Shown: piece by piece, positions 23,832-34,187 of the stretch | How positions within the stretch are numbered: the first letter of the stretch is position 1 | How the letters are laid out: the number at the start of each line of letters is the position of its first letter | DNA from: Flectonema sp. DT1601 | Lineage: Eukaryota | Length of the DNA: 64,000 bases | Direction: 5' to 3' | NCBI GenBank assembly: GCA_964019425.1 | Contig: OZ025788.1 | Coordinates: 744,001 to 808,000 of the forward strand | Translations under genes and position numbers: made by a program | Notes under the pieces: model-generated | Database searches by the model: none | Told to the model about the DNA's origin: nothing | What the model saw: the letters and a program-made list of their open reading frames with translations, nothing else

Positions 23832-24418
23832 GCAACGGGTGTGACTAACTAAACCGAGACATGATGTCAGCTCAGTTGCTTTCCCCTTTTTTTCTTGTCA
23901 TATTCGTGCGTTTACCCATCCCTTAGTCTACTGTATCATAACTAATGTTTATTTTAGTAAACTTCGGCATAATACAGATATTTATTCCTGCAAACATACT
24001 CAAACTCCCCTTCTTGTACGGTCCCTTCTGTGTTTACGTTTTTTTGTAAACATACCTTGATTTGCCAATATTGCGTAACAGTTTCCTTTTTTTTTTTTTC
24101 CTCCTCGTTATTATTCATTCTGGAGGCGATGTATTGGGCTCCTTGCCTTTAGCAAAATCATTGAGTTCCGCACAAAGTCTTATTATTGCCAGATGGGATG
24201 TTGTTATTGAAAGAAATCAACTGAATGACGTCTGTTGGTTATATCTGACTAAAAAAAAACAGTGCTGGTTCTCTTTTTAAAAAAACCTTTCTTATTTTAC
24301 TCTATCTTGGCTTCTTAGGGAAAATTTACACTTGCAGTGAAAATCAGAAAGTACAGTATTTCACTCCTGGGCTGAGCATGAAGTGTTTTTTACCGAATTT
24401 AATTGCACGCATTTTGGG

Positions 24419-27400
24419 TTAGGAGAGAGTAATATCAGAACTCGTATTGCTTCTCCATGTTTGGTTAGTCTCATTTGTTAAACTAGAAGTGCTATTATCT
24501 GAAATCCAATGATGTGATAAGAGGTCGGAAACTGTTGGTCTGTCCTCAGGTATTGTATTCAACACGAGAGTAATAAAGTTTCGATCATCAACGTTAACAA
24601 TTGATTTCAACGTTGGAGAAGAGTTACAAATATGATACATCATTTCCCATGGGCTTGATAATAAAGGCCAAGGAGGATCCCCACTTAGCATTTCACATAC
24701 AACACATCCAACAGACCAAATGTCTGCTTTGGTTCCGTAACCGCATTCTCCACTTTTTATTACTTCAGGTGCCATCCAGCGTGGGGTTCCAACCACGGTA
24801 GAAGCGGGTTTGTTGGTGTTGCTCCAATTTTTTAAACATCCGAAGTCAGTTAACATACAAACCCCGTTACTTATTAATATGTTAACTCCCTTTATATCTC
24901 TGTGAAGAATCTTGTGACTATGAAGAAATCCAACTCCCTTGAGAATTTGTTTTGTGAATTTTCTAACAACATTCCGTTGCAAGCAACGTGCTGATTGTTT
25001 TTCAATCAATGCTGAAAGAGAACCCTCTGGATAAAAAGTCATTATTATAAAAATTTCAAAATCATTGGATTCAAAAGATAAGTACTTTATTATGTTTGGG
25101 TGTCGTAGATTCTTTATCAGGTTAAACTCTTGTTGATAACCTCTAGCTTCATCACGAGAGCATATAATCTGTTTTACTGCTACTGTGGCACCATCGTTTG
25201 TAATCGCTTCATAAACTACTCCAAATGATCCTTTTCCGACTATGCTATGAGCAGACCAGAATTCACCACATTTTAATGAGTTCATTTCCGTTTCCGCAGA
25301 TGAAACCAAGACAGCGTGTTCACTATGACTGATGTCTTTCAGTTTGTTTTTTAGAAATCTTCGAATGCCGCAGATGACCAGACAGAATACTAAAACAACA
25401 CCAAGAACAACAGCAACAATAACAGAAATAGGAATAACATCCTCTGGAGACGTTTCCACATCATCAGGCGGTGTTATAGATATTGTTGAGTTATAAGTTG
25501 CGACGTAGTAAGTCGACCCATCAGCATTAAGTAAATGTTGAAAACTGTTTATAGAGCGATCAGGAACATCATCGTTGATGGTTACTTTACGATCGTCGTC
25601 ATAATTAAACCGCAGCCACAGCAAAGCCTTTTCCTCTCCTGCCGGAGCTATTCCTCGAACCTGCCACTCGTTTGGCAGTGTCGATGAGGAAATATCCCAA
25701 ACCCAGTCAACAGTTGGATCGTTGGTTCCATTCCCAACGACATAACCAAAGCTGTTGCTACCTTCTGTTTGACATGAGAACGAAACAGTTCTGGTTATCT
25801 TCTCTCGTTTGAGAAAAACTAATCTTATTTCCGAATTATTAAACGAAGGAGGGAATATAAACTGCAGAGTAATCAACATTTCATTGTCTTCAAGAACTCG
25901 GTTGAAATTATGCAGCCCTCTCAACAGCAACTGAGGAGTGGTTCGGTTGAGTTGAAAGAAGAATGTTTGTCCTTTTTCAAGTAGCGAGTCTTCTATAACG
26001 ATAGGTTTCTTTACTTTATCTGCATTTAATACAGTTATATTGGCGTAGTCTGTGTATGAATTACATCGGATCCAGCTGTTTCTTTTTTCGACACTATCAG
26101 GATTGTTTCTTGATGACATCGGCTGATGGATAAGAAGATAGTCGTCGTCGCTGATGTGAAATTCTGAATTTTGTAATATCAATTTAAAAGAATCTGGTCT
26201 TAACAACCTGATATCTGACTGGTGAATTACCGAATTATTCAATACTATCGCTGGAGGGTCGCTATCACCGAAAGTAGTAGGTGAGCTAGTTGGGACTATA
26301 AGTGATTTCTTTGACAAGATTGCACCATCAAACGTAACTAAGCAGTGCTTGCAATATGCTATAATAATCCAGCCCCGTTGAACCCAAGTATTTAAAAATA
26401 AAAATGGCCTTGGATAATGCCCCACTTCCTCTCTACTTAATCCAATAGAAAATCCACGACAATTAAAAATATTTGAATCGAATTTTATTTTTCCACCCGT
26501 GAAGGATGACGGCATTAAAAGTCCGCCGTGATGAAACGTTGAATCAATTTTATTACCAATAAATTCAAAATAGTAATACAACGATTTCGGCGTAACATAA
26601 ATTGCACTATTACCGTAAGCCCTCGCGGTGCCTCCAGTCAACAAGTTGTAAGCGAAAGATACAGAAACTTCAACCATAAATGGGGTGCTTAAGAATATGA
26701 CGAGCGGAAAAGCAAGAATATCTCCAGCTATCATCGTGTTTCCAACAATGTTTATGCTTGAACTAATTGGATTTGTACTGGCAATAGACGAATTCCAAAA
26801 TGAGCTTTCTACAATGCTAAATTCCGATCCGATACCCATATTGATGTCATTAAATTCCACACCCATAAACATCACATTTTCCACAGCTGACAACATCACA
26901 GGTAATTTTGAATTATACATGGAGGACATTATTCTCAAGATTGGTTCTAATCCTACTTCATCCACGAGACCAACCCCTCCAAGTTGTAAGCCACTCACTA
27001 CTATTAGAAATGAAATATCACCTCGTGCTTTTGGAAGTAGTTCCGTCAGTTTTTTAAAATGACTAAAAGCTGAATCATTTACCGGGAGATCTAACCTTAA
27101 TCTACTACCACAGGAATCAGGTGAGACTGTTACGTTTATAAATAAAAACCATTCTTCTCTATCAGAAAGGTCATTGATTGTGTTGATAATAGTATCATTA
27201 GAGTGTGAGATTCCTATGCGAATTCGAAGTTTGTATTCACCAGGTTCTAAGATTGTTAGATAGAGAGATAATTTAGTTATTACTGTCATTGAGGGGGTTT
27301 GTATCCCAGAGAAGAAAAACCCATGATCACCATTTGAAAGAATCGTATCAGATCGTGAAAACGAAACAGTTTCGTAGTTTCCGACCGATATTTTAATATT

Positions 27401-28531
27401 GCGAGACAGTAGTGAAATTGAGAATTCCGTGTGTTCCGTTATATGAAATTGGTCTTCTGTCGGGTCAAGTAATTCAATTGCGTTGTTAGTAAATACTTTT
27501 GCAATAAAAGTTGTAAACACACCATCAACACCTGCATCAGTAATCGCAACACGGTCCCCTCTGGACCATCCTCGACTATTTGTTATATTATCTGAAAAAT
27601 CAAAGAACACGAACCTTCCTCCTTTACTAAGATTTGAAACAGGAGCGATCCAAGATTTAAACTCATCACCAACAATTGTTATTCGCGACTCTTCCTCACT
27701 TTCAATTTTTGATTTATTAGTTGAATCAAAATAGATGGTAGTCTCACTTAGGTGTGGGCATGTTATAGTACCCATCTGAAAAGATGATTCCCTAGAGAGT
27801 ATTAAACTACCAATTTCTATGATCCCAGGCTTGTCTAAAACCGTAACTGTCACGTCTACAGGTATTGTTAGATACTCAGTATAAGTCCAAATAGTTGGAT
27901 CTAGGTAGTAGGTACCTGAAGTCATTTCGTAAGGAGGTTCCAAGATGGGTTCCAAGATGTCCTCAACTTGAGGGGCTTTGTTGCAATTAATTGGATCAAG
28001 TTTCCGTTTGAAAGCAAGTCGATTAAAACCTTTACGAGAACAACTTCCTATTTGATTCATCTCATTATTGAATGAATAAGTTAACACAACTGATCCAGTT
28101 AAAGGCCAACGAGGTATCACTTTCCAATACCACGTACCACCATAGTCTTCGAATGAGGTCCAAGTTGTAGTGTCCCAGGTGTATTTGTAAAGATGTTCTG
28201 AAGTTAGTTGGAATCCTACAGCAATATCAGTGTTGATTAAACCTTCCACATGTAGTGATTCAATAGAAGAAAGACTCGTATTATAATAAACCTGAATAGC
28301 ATATACAGCACAACCAACGAGTTCTTTAGGTACTGATAGAGTTCCCTTCGTACCTTCAGAGAAAACTCTTTTGTCAACTCGAAAGAAAAGATTCGAAGTT
28401 GAGGACATCTGTTCCGTAACTTCATCAGTGACAGAAACGGTTTTTACTCGGGTGGCACATCTTTCCTTGTATTCCTCGGTAAATGCAATCTGGAGTACAG
28501 CCAACAATATAACTGTGATGCCAGCTTGCAT
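24419..28531 (-). CDS. Receptor-like kinase copy 2 (G8/beta-helix, TM, MEKK-like kinase)
   Basis: Near-identical paralog of 18634-22749, with 18 aa substitutions in the ectodomain and a different C-terminus (TLS* vs TLCD*). Confidence 0.88.
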   Translation of the reverse strand: MQAGITVILLAVLQIAFTEEYKERCATRVKTVSVTDEVTEQMSSTSNLFFRVDKRVFSEGTKGTLSVPKELVGCAVYAIQVYYNTSLSSIESLHVEGLINTDIAVGFQLTSEHLYKYTWDTTTWTSFEDYGGTWYWKVIPRWPLTGSVVLTYSFNNEMNQIGSCSRKGFNRLAFKRKLDPINCNKAPQVEDILEPILEPPYEMTSGTYYLDPTIWTYTEYLTIPVDVTVTVLDKPGIIEIGSLILSRESSFQMGTITCPHLSETTIYFDSTNKSKIESEEESRITIVGDEFKSWIAPVSNLSKGGRFVFFDFSDNITNSRGWSRGDRVAITDAGVDGVFTTFIAKVFTNNAIELLDPTEDQFHITEHTEFSISLLSRNIKISVGNYETVSFSRSDTILSNGDHGFFFSGIQTPSMTVITKLSLYLTILEPGEYKLRIRIGISHSNDTIINTINDLSDREEWFLFINVTVSPDSCGSRLRLDLPVNDSAFSHFKKLTELLPKARGDISFLIVVSGLQLGGVGLVDEVGLEPILRIMSSMYNSKLPVMLSAVENVMFMGVEFNDINMGIGSEFSIVESSFWNSSIASTNPISSSINIVGNTMIAGDILAFPLVIFLSTPFMVEVSVSFAYNLLTGGTARAYGNSAIYVTPKSLYYYFEFIGNKIDSTFHHGGLLMPSSFTGGKIKFDSNIFNCRGFSIGLSREEVGHYPRPFLFLNTWVQRGWIIIAYCKHCLVTFDGAILSKKSLIVPTSSPTTFGDSDPPAIVLNNSVIHQSDIRLLRPDSFKLILQNSEFHISDDDYLLIHQPMSSRNNPDSVEKRNSWIRCNSYTDYANITVLNADKVKKPIVIEDSLLEKGQTFFFQLNRTTPQLLLRGLHNFNRVLEDNEMLITLQFIFPPSFNNSEIRLVFLKREKITRTVSFSCQTEGSNSFGYVVGNGTNDPTVDWVWDISSSTLPNEWQVRGIAPAGEEKALLWLRFNYDDDRKVTINDDVPDRSINSFQHLLNADGSTYYVATYNSTISITPPDDVETSPEDVIPISVIVAVVLGVVLVFCLVICGIRRFLKNKLKDISHSEHAVLVSSAETEMNSLKCGEFWSAHSIVGKGSFGVVYEAITNDGATVAVKQIICSRDEARGYQQEFNLIKNLRHPNIIKYLSFESNDFEIFIIMTFYPEGSLSALIEKQSARCLQRNVVRKFTKQILKGVGFLHSHKILHRDIKGVNILISNGVCMLTDFGCLKNWSNTNKPASTVVGTPRWMAPEVIKSGECGYGTKADIWSVGCVVCEMLSGDPPWPLLSSPWEMMYHICNSSPTLKSIVNVDDRNFITLVLNTIPEDRPTVSDLLSHHWISDNSTSSLTNETNQTWRSNTSSDITLS

Positions 28532-28709
28532 CTCTACCGTCTCAAAGGTGCCTGAGTAAGGAAAAGAAAATAAAACTAAAGCAACAAACAGCACACCATC
28601 AACCTCTGGTAATTATTAAACCCTTATTCTTTATGAAGTATCCTGTCAGAAATCTTTGGTTTTCAAACAATACGCAAACTATTTGGGTGACAACTCTTAT
28701 TTCGTGGCG

Positions 28710-28742
<33 letters not shown>

Positions 28743-29125
28743 AGGTTGTAAAAACACTAAATGAGGGCAAAGAAAAGCACTCGCGAACGAACATTGTTTT
28801 GCTATCGAAGGTTGACTTGTTAGATCAATTCAAAAAAAAAAAATAAATAAATAAATAAAAAATACGATGTATGATCATCGTTCAAAAACAAGTGGGAAAT
28901 CGATATCGGCGTGTATGTGTAAAATGACTACTCTCAACTGTATCATAAGTGTAATAAGCTAACCTTGGGAAACACGATTGGCCAATAATTCCAACGTAAT
29001 CAGCAAAGACATCAATTCCATTAAAATTCCAATTACTCGCTGCCATTAGAACCAGAGCCAACCAGTAACACTTCAGTCAATACGACCTGAAGTTCTAAAT
29101 CGCATCCATCTGTCGGAAAGTACTC

Positions 29126-29380
29126 TCAGTGGTGTTTATGAAGGTGCATTGTAAGACTGTGCAGTCCTGTGTGCATGTGAGGGTTTGCCGAATGCTTGTT
29201 AACCTCACCCGTCACCGAATTTAAAGAGAAGTGATCCATTCCTTTGGAATTATTCATTGAAGGGAGTGACCCAATACTAATGTGATGATTTAGCTTTGAT
29301 ACTTTCTTAACTTTCCCGTGAGCTCCATGCTTGTGGAGATGATTAACCTTGTGTGAGTGTCCCGATTCAGGCTTAGTCAT
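29126..29380 (-). CDS. His-rich microprotein, 84 aa
   Basis: MTKPESGHSHKVNHLHKHGAH...MHLHKHH has 17 His in 84 aa. The ATG at 29380 lies shortly downstream of a pyrimidine tract plus TAG (ttctcttttcttcatag-like). Confidence 0.6.
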   Translation of the reverse strand: MTKPESGHSHKVNHLHKHGAHGKVKKVSKLNHHISIGSLPSMNNSKGMDHFSLNSVTGEVNKHSANPHMHTGLHSLTMHLHKHH

Positions 29381-29781
29381 TGTGTGTGTCGTTAGTCTAT
29401 GAAGAAAGAGAATGATAACCAAAATACAATAAAAACCACTAAAGACTTTGCTTCGTCCCATCGAAATTCCTTAACGATGATCAGCGAGCATGAGGTGTTT
29501 TCAAACAAATACTTAGGACGGCTCCAAATTTCGGAGGGCAACCAAACATGGGCAATCAATAAATATTCAAATTGGTTTTTTTTTTTTTTTTTTCCCCCGA
29601 AATCAGATAATCAATATTAAAAGCGCCCTTTCAAACGCCCTCCAAATTTGGGGGTGCAACTTTGACAATGTATGAACAATAACAAGTACTTGACTGAAAG
29701 AAAAAAAACAGTTTGTAGTTGTTTATCAAATTTGGGAGAAAATCCTAAGTACACTTTCTTTCAAAAAAAAAAAAAAAAAAA

Positions 29782-29819
29782 CAGAAAAGAAAAGAAAAGA
29801 AAAGAAAAGAAAAGAAAAA
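29782..29819. repeat. (AAAAG)n microsatellite
   Basis: agaaaagaaaagaaaag... about 7 units. Confidence 0.85.
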
Positions 29820-30200
29820 TCGATTTTCAATTCTTCTTTGTTCCACTATTTTTGTCTGTTTATTATTTTCTTTTACGGGTTTGGGCTGTTCATGACTGCC
29901 AAACTGAGAACAATTTTGCATGCTTGCAATCCTATTTCTATTCCCTTCGTCGGAGACTAAAAGAAATAGGACTGTTCACATGAATCTTGTTTCTTGCCAC
30001 AAAGATCGCAAGCAAGCAGTGAGCGATTCGTTTTTATATGTGGCTTATAATTGCAAAAACCTACCAGGTTAGAAAATGGTGTAGTTGCGGTGCAAAAAAA
30101 ACAAAAAAAGAAAAGAAAAAAAACAGGGGAAAGAGAGAGAGATTAAAAATGTGTGTTTCTATTGTTTTGAGTATAAGTTGAAGACTCGTCGAAGATAATT

Positions 30201-31313
30201 TTAATTTCCAGTTCGTCGAATAATATCAGCGGCTGACATCCGCAGCATGGCAGACATTTGTTGCAACGCCTTCTGCTTTCGTTCACCCTCAAGAATAAAT
30301 TCAGCCTCCTGTGGACCATTATCTTTAAAGTATGGATCCTTACAGAGTACTTTAGTAATGTGATCACTATCCTGACCTTTCACATAAAGTGTGAGGGTTC
30401 CCTTTAGATGTTTCTCTGTTGACTGTTCTATGACTGTGTGATAAGTTTCTTTATTAATAAAATAAACTTTATTCATATCATGAGTAGAACTGTTTGATAC
30501 GAATAGCTTACCAGACTTCTTCTCAGGTTCTGATAGAGATCCATCACCCTTTCTAGTGAACTGGTAATGGTGTCCGGAGTTAGGGTCAGAGTCACACAGC
30601 CATTGTCTGTGTTCGTAATTTCCATACAAACACATTGAAGAAAAATTATTCTTGTGATTATGAACGTATGTCTCAGCGAGGGCATGGAACAAGTGAAGGC
30701 GAATTGTTATTGATTTGCCAGAGAACAAATGATATCTCGTCATCACTCCAGGAACTTCATCAACAAGAAGATTGTCGTCTAATCCATTTCCGAATATCGT
30801 TGCTGATGATAGAAGTTGACCGAGTTGTTCTACGAAATAGATATCATCTACTTGAAGTTCATTAGTATCTCTACCTGTAACCGCTTCATCAAACTGATCA
30901 GCAAAATCAAGAACTGAAGAAGCCGAAGTTGCAGGTAACGGAGATGCAGTTGAAGATGGTTTCAAACTCCAAAGATTAGCAACAGCTTTTTCTAATCTTC
31001 TTTCAGCCTTCGCCTTCTTTCGATATTCTAACATTTCACTGCGTAACTTCTTGACTTCATTATTCTTGAGATATCCTTGTATTTTAGTCGACGGGTTTCT
31101 CTTTAGTTCCTTGGCAGCCTTTTTCCTTTCCTTTTCATGCTGTTTGTCTTCTTTTACGGCGGTGCGTACTTCATCTTTCATACACTTAAGCCACTCAACT
31201 ATTTTATTGTTTGCGACGTTGTCTGTTTGCCTTCCCTTCACCATGCAGTATAACAGGTTCATCGCATCTTCAGCTTTTTGAAAGGCTTCTGTTGCAACTA
31301 ATGGATCCTCCAT
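30201..31313 (-). CDS. Coiled-coil plus cupin-fold protein, 370 aa
   Basis: Cupin-like IRLHLF...VHNHKNNFSSMCLYGNYEH and YFINKETYHTV; charged helical N-terminus. Confidence 0.7.
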   Translation of the reverse strand: MEDPLVATEAFQKAEDAMNLLYCMVKGRQTDNVANNKIVEWLKCMKDEVRTAVKEDKQHEKERKKAAKELKRNPSTKIQGYLKNNEVKKLRSEMLEYRKKAKAERRLEKAVANLWSLKPSSTASPLPATSASSVLDFADQFDEAVTGRDTNELQVDDIYFVEQLGQLLSSATIFGNGLDDNLLVDEVPGVMTRYHLFSGKSITIRLHLFHALAETYVHNHKNNFSSMCLYGNYEHRQWLCDSDPNSGHHYQFTRKGDGSLSEPEKKSGKLFVSNSSTHDMNKVYFINKETYHTVIEQSTEKHLKGTLTLYVKGQDSDHITKVLCKDPYFKDNGPQEAEFILEGERKQKALQQMSAMLRMSAADIIRRTGN

Positions 31314-31621
31314 AATTGGGTAACTTAGTTCCTGAATTGAAGTGAGTGACCTACAAGACGATCAGAAGACTCTAAAGGATCAGAAGTTAATCAATATCAT
31401 TTATTAAGTTTTCTTGTGAGAAAATATATTTTTAAAATATTCCGTCAATCAAATGAAAACTAACAGTGCGTGTATATGTTGTTACAGTTCGTTAAGGGTA
31501 AGTTATTCCTTTTTTTAAATTGACAACAAAAAGAGTTGCCATCTTCTTCTTTTAATTGTGTTTTCAATTCATAAGATGTTATTTGTGTAAAGTCAACCAA
31601 CAACAGGTAAGTAGTAGTTTT

Positions 31622-31894
31622 CTACAGTATTCCAAAACCACCGAAATCGCCTGTTGCTGGACCGTCACCTTGTGATGCTGGCGCTGCTTCACTTGCGCTG
31701 AATCCAGACGTTACCTGCTTATTAAAACAGTTTCCTTTTCTACCAGCAGTAAAGTTACAACACGGTTTAATAGTCGATCCCATATCATCAGGCATATTAG
31801 GTCCACAGTGTTCTCCTGAAAACAGTTTTCCACCCTTCTTAAATCCAGCTGAAGGAAGAGCACCAGTCCATCCGTATGGAGTCTGTGAAGGCAT
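31622..31894 (-). CDS. Small hypothetical Gly/Cys-containing protein, 90 aa
   Basis: ATG start after an AACAG, coding-like composition, and it fills a gene-sized slot on the coding strand. No family recognised. Confidence 0.55.
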   Translation of the reverse strand: MPSQTPYGWTGALPSAGFKKGGKLFSGEHCGPNMPDDMGSTIKPCCNFTAGRKGNCFNKQVTSGFSASEAAPASQGDGPATGDFGGFGIL

Positions 31895-32120
31895 TTTGTT
31901 CTGTTTGACTAACTGGTAATAAGTGAGCAGTTAAACTACTATTTGATTATTAAACAACGAATAACAATTAGCAGGTGTAATTCAAATTCCGCTCGTAAGA
32001 AGGTTAAAAATCCATGCAACACAAGCTCTAGAATAAAAAAGAGCCTTGCATCATACTAAACTGAACGAAAAGCGATATTCATAACGGGAATGGGATAAAG
32101 GAGTAAAAAGAGGCTAGCGT

Positions 32121-34187
32121 TTATTTATTGCAGGAAACTCTCACCATGACGCAGCCATCTTTCAGTGGAATTGTTAAATTGACGTCAGTCCAGTTTTCAG
32201 TACTACCTGGAAGCAAGTATTGCTTGTTTGAAGAACAGGGAAACGAAGGTGTAATCGTTGACATTTGTGAGTTGATAATAACAGCGACCATATGAGTCTC
32301 ATTGCTGAAAGTATTTATTGTGAAACCCGTCGCCTTAATAAGATTCCGTTCATCTAATTCCCAGGAAACATAATTAAGAGCTCGAAACATTGCACCATAT
32401 TTCAAGTAATAAAAGTTTTGTACATCTCCCGGAGGAATGCTGTGATCATTACCTGGGTATGGTGCCATTGGGAAGACTCTCATGTACAACCTGCTTTGAA
32501 AATATAAATCCGCAATTTGTTGTGAGGCACAGCACTCTGTAGCGTCGTATGTCCATAAGATGGAAGGTGATGTTATTCCCAGTAAGCCAGCAGCATTTAC
32601 TTGACGACCTTCTGAAAAAGTTCCATCTGTGTATCGAAGTAGTGATAAACTTGCAAAACCAACTGTATTGTAAAGTATTGTTTTATCATTTCCTAATATC
32701 TTTCGGAGTTGTCGGGTAATCGATACCCACGATCCAGCAAAATTAGTTGCTGTTGCATTGTTCACAAAACTGACAGCTGTTTCTGGGGTTGCCGTATTGT
32801 GAGAATACAACTGACACCAATCAGATCTGTCGATTACAATTCCAGTAAATTGTTTTAAGTGTTTTAGTTTTCTCGTCGCTTGTTCCATTAAGAAGTTATT
32901 ATACGAATCGATAGCAGGATCTACTACTACAGCACCTTGCCATGAATGGGCAGCTCCATGCATTCTGATTCCACCACCTTTGCAAGCACCACCAGCATAA
33001 CAAGTGTAGTCAGTTACTAACGAATCACGAAGGTATCCTTTAAGATAGTCGCTTGCATTCTTCCAATCGCCATGACCAGTTGGTTTAGTTTGATTAATAT
33101 CATAGGTAACATTACCACCGTATTCAAAGATATTAAAATAACTGAGCGGTACAGCTCCTATTCTTTTTTGTTTTAAATATTGTTTGTCTATAAATTCGAA
33201 TGTCACATTTATGTGATTTTGAGTTCCTTCCGGATCATTCTCCCACGTATCTGATGAACTAACAGGTGGGAGATACATTCCCATGTACGGAAAGAAACGA
33301 CCGCTTAGATCCCAATTTACTTTATAATTCATTTCATTTAAGAGAGTCATATTTTCCGGAACGTTATTTACCCAAGTATAGCTTCCCATTCCATCGTAGG
33401 TGAATGATTGCTCTTTTGAATTAATTGGGTTCCAGTAATCCTTATACTTTCCTATACTTTGACTGAGGCTGTCACGAATCGACGGCCCGTGTAATGAAAA
33501 ATGCATGACAAACGAATGTGTAAGATTGTTCCTAAATAGTGCATTGCTGCGTTGGTAAATTATTTTTCCGAGGGAGGTGGTGGTGACCTTTCCATGGTGG
33601 GGATAGTTCGAAGGATCCGAAATTAAAGAAATCCCAATTTTTGATTTATTCAAAACAAACATCGAGTGTTCTGCCACAACAGTATCACCCACAGAACCGT
33701 CAATCAAAGCTCCAGTATTGTACACACAGTTAGACCATGATTCTAATAAGAGAGGATCATTCCAACCTGATGAGTTGGGTTTGTTCCATGGAAGCCACAC
33801 CCTCATTGAATTACTATTATCAAATTGTAATGAAGTCATTATCTCTGTACTCCAGTTTACTCCACTTGCGTTTTGGATAGTAACCTTCCAGAGGATTTCA
33901 TTCTCTAAAGTGTCATCTGTTTGTCCAAAAGTCTCAACAGAATTAACAGTGTTAACACCGCATTGGTATTCCTTATTTACGATAACGTTTTGTGTTATTG
34001 TTTTGATGGAAGTTAACCTGGAAGCACAATTACCCAATACTGTGGTACCAATCACCTTCACTCCTTGAAGCGAATGAATCTCTCCCGAATTGCTATCAAT
34101 TTCAAGTGAAAGTTTCATGTTCGGAGAAAACACCGAAATAAGTGATCCGATAGTTGACATCATTAATACAGCGGCTACCGTCATCAT
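32121..34187 (-). CDS. Secreted glycoside-hydrolase-like protein of unassigned family, 688 aa
   Basis: Signal peptide, many NxS/T sequons, beta-rich N-terminal region, then barrel-like motifs VNWDLSGRFFPYMG, LSYFNIFEYG, VVDP, GIVIDRSDW and PMAPYPGNDHSI. Confidence 0.6.
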   Translation of the reverse strand: MMTVAAVLMMSTIGSLISVFSPNMKLSLEIDSNSGEIHSLQGVKVIGTTVLGNCASRLTSIKTITQNVIVNKEYQCGVNTVNSVETFGQTDDTLENEILWKVTIQNASGVNWSTEIMTSLQFDNSNSMRVWLPWNKPNSSGWNDPLLLESWSNCVYNTGALIDGSVGDTVVAEHSMFVLNKSKIGISLISDPSNYPHHGKVTTTSLGKIIYQRSNALFRNNLTHSFVMHFSLHGPSIRDSLSQSIGKYKDYWNPINSKEQSFTYDGMGSYTWVNNVPENMTLLNEMNYKVNWDLSGRFFPYMGMYLPPVSSSDTWENDPEGTQNHINVTFEFIDKQYLKQKRIGAVPLSYFNIFEYGGNVTYDINQTKPTGHGDWKNASDYLKGYLRDSLVTDYTCYAGGACKGGGIRMHGAAHSWQGAVVVDPAIDSYNNFLMEQATRKLKHLKQFTGIVIDRSDWCQLYSHNTATPETAVSFVNNATATNFAGSWVSITRQLRKILGNDKTILYNTVGFASLSLLRYTDGTFSEGRQVNAAGLLGITSPSILWTYDATECCASQQIADLYFQSRLYMRVFPMAPYPGNDHSIPPGDVQNFYYLKYGAMFRALNYVSWELDERNLIKATGFTINTFSNETHMVAVIINSQMSTITPSFPCSSNKQYLLPGSTENWTDVNLTIPLKDGCVMVRVSCNK

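Larger units (their letters stand above)
17317..29189. repeat. Tandem segmental duplication: unit 1 17317-23407, unit 2 23408-29189
   Basis: Both units start taaaaacccaccacaagtg and end gcatgtgagggtttgcc. The offset is a constant 5782 bp across the kinase gene and its upstream region. Confidence 0.95.

Noticed and set aside
24415..24423. Telomere-like GGGTTAGG at the inversion end
   Set aside because: It is little more than one repeat unit, which is too short to support telomere healing.
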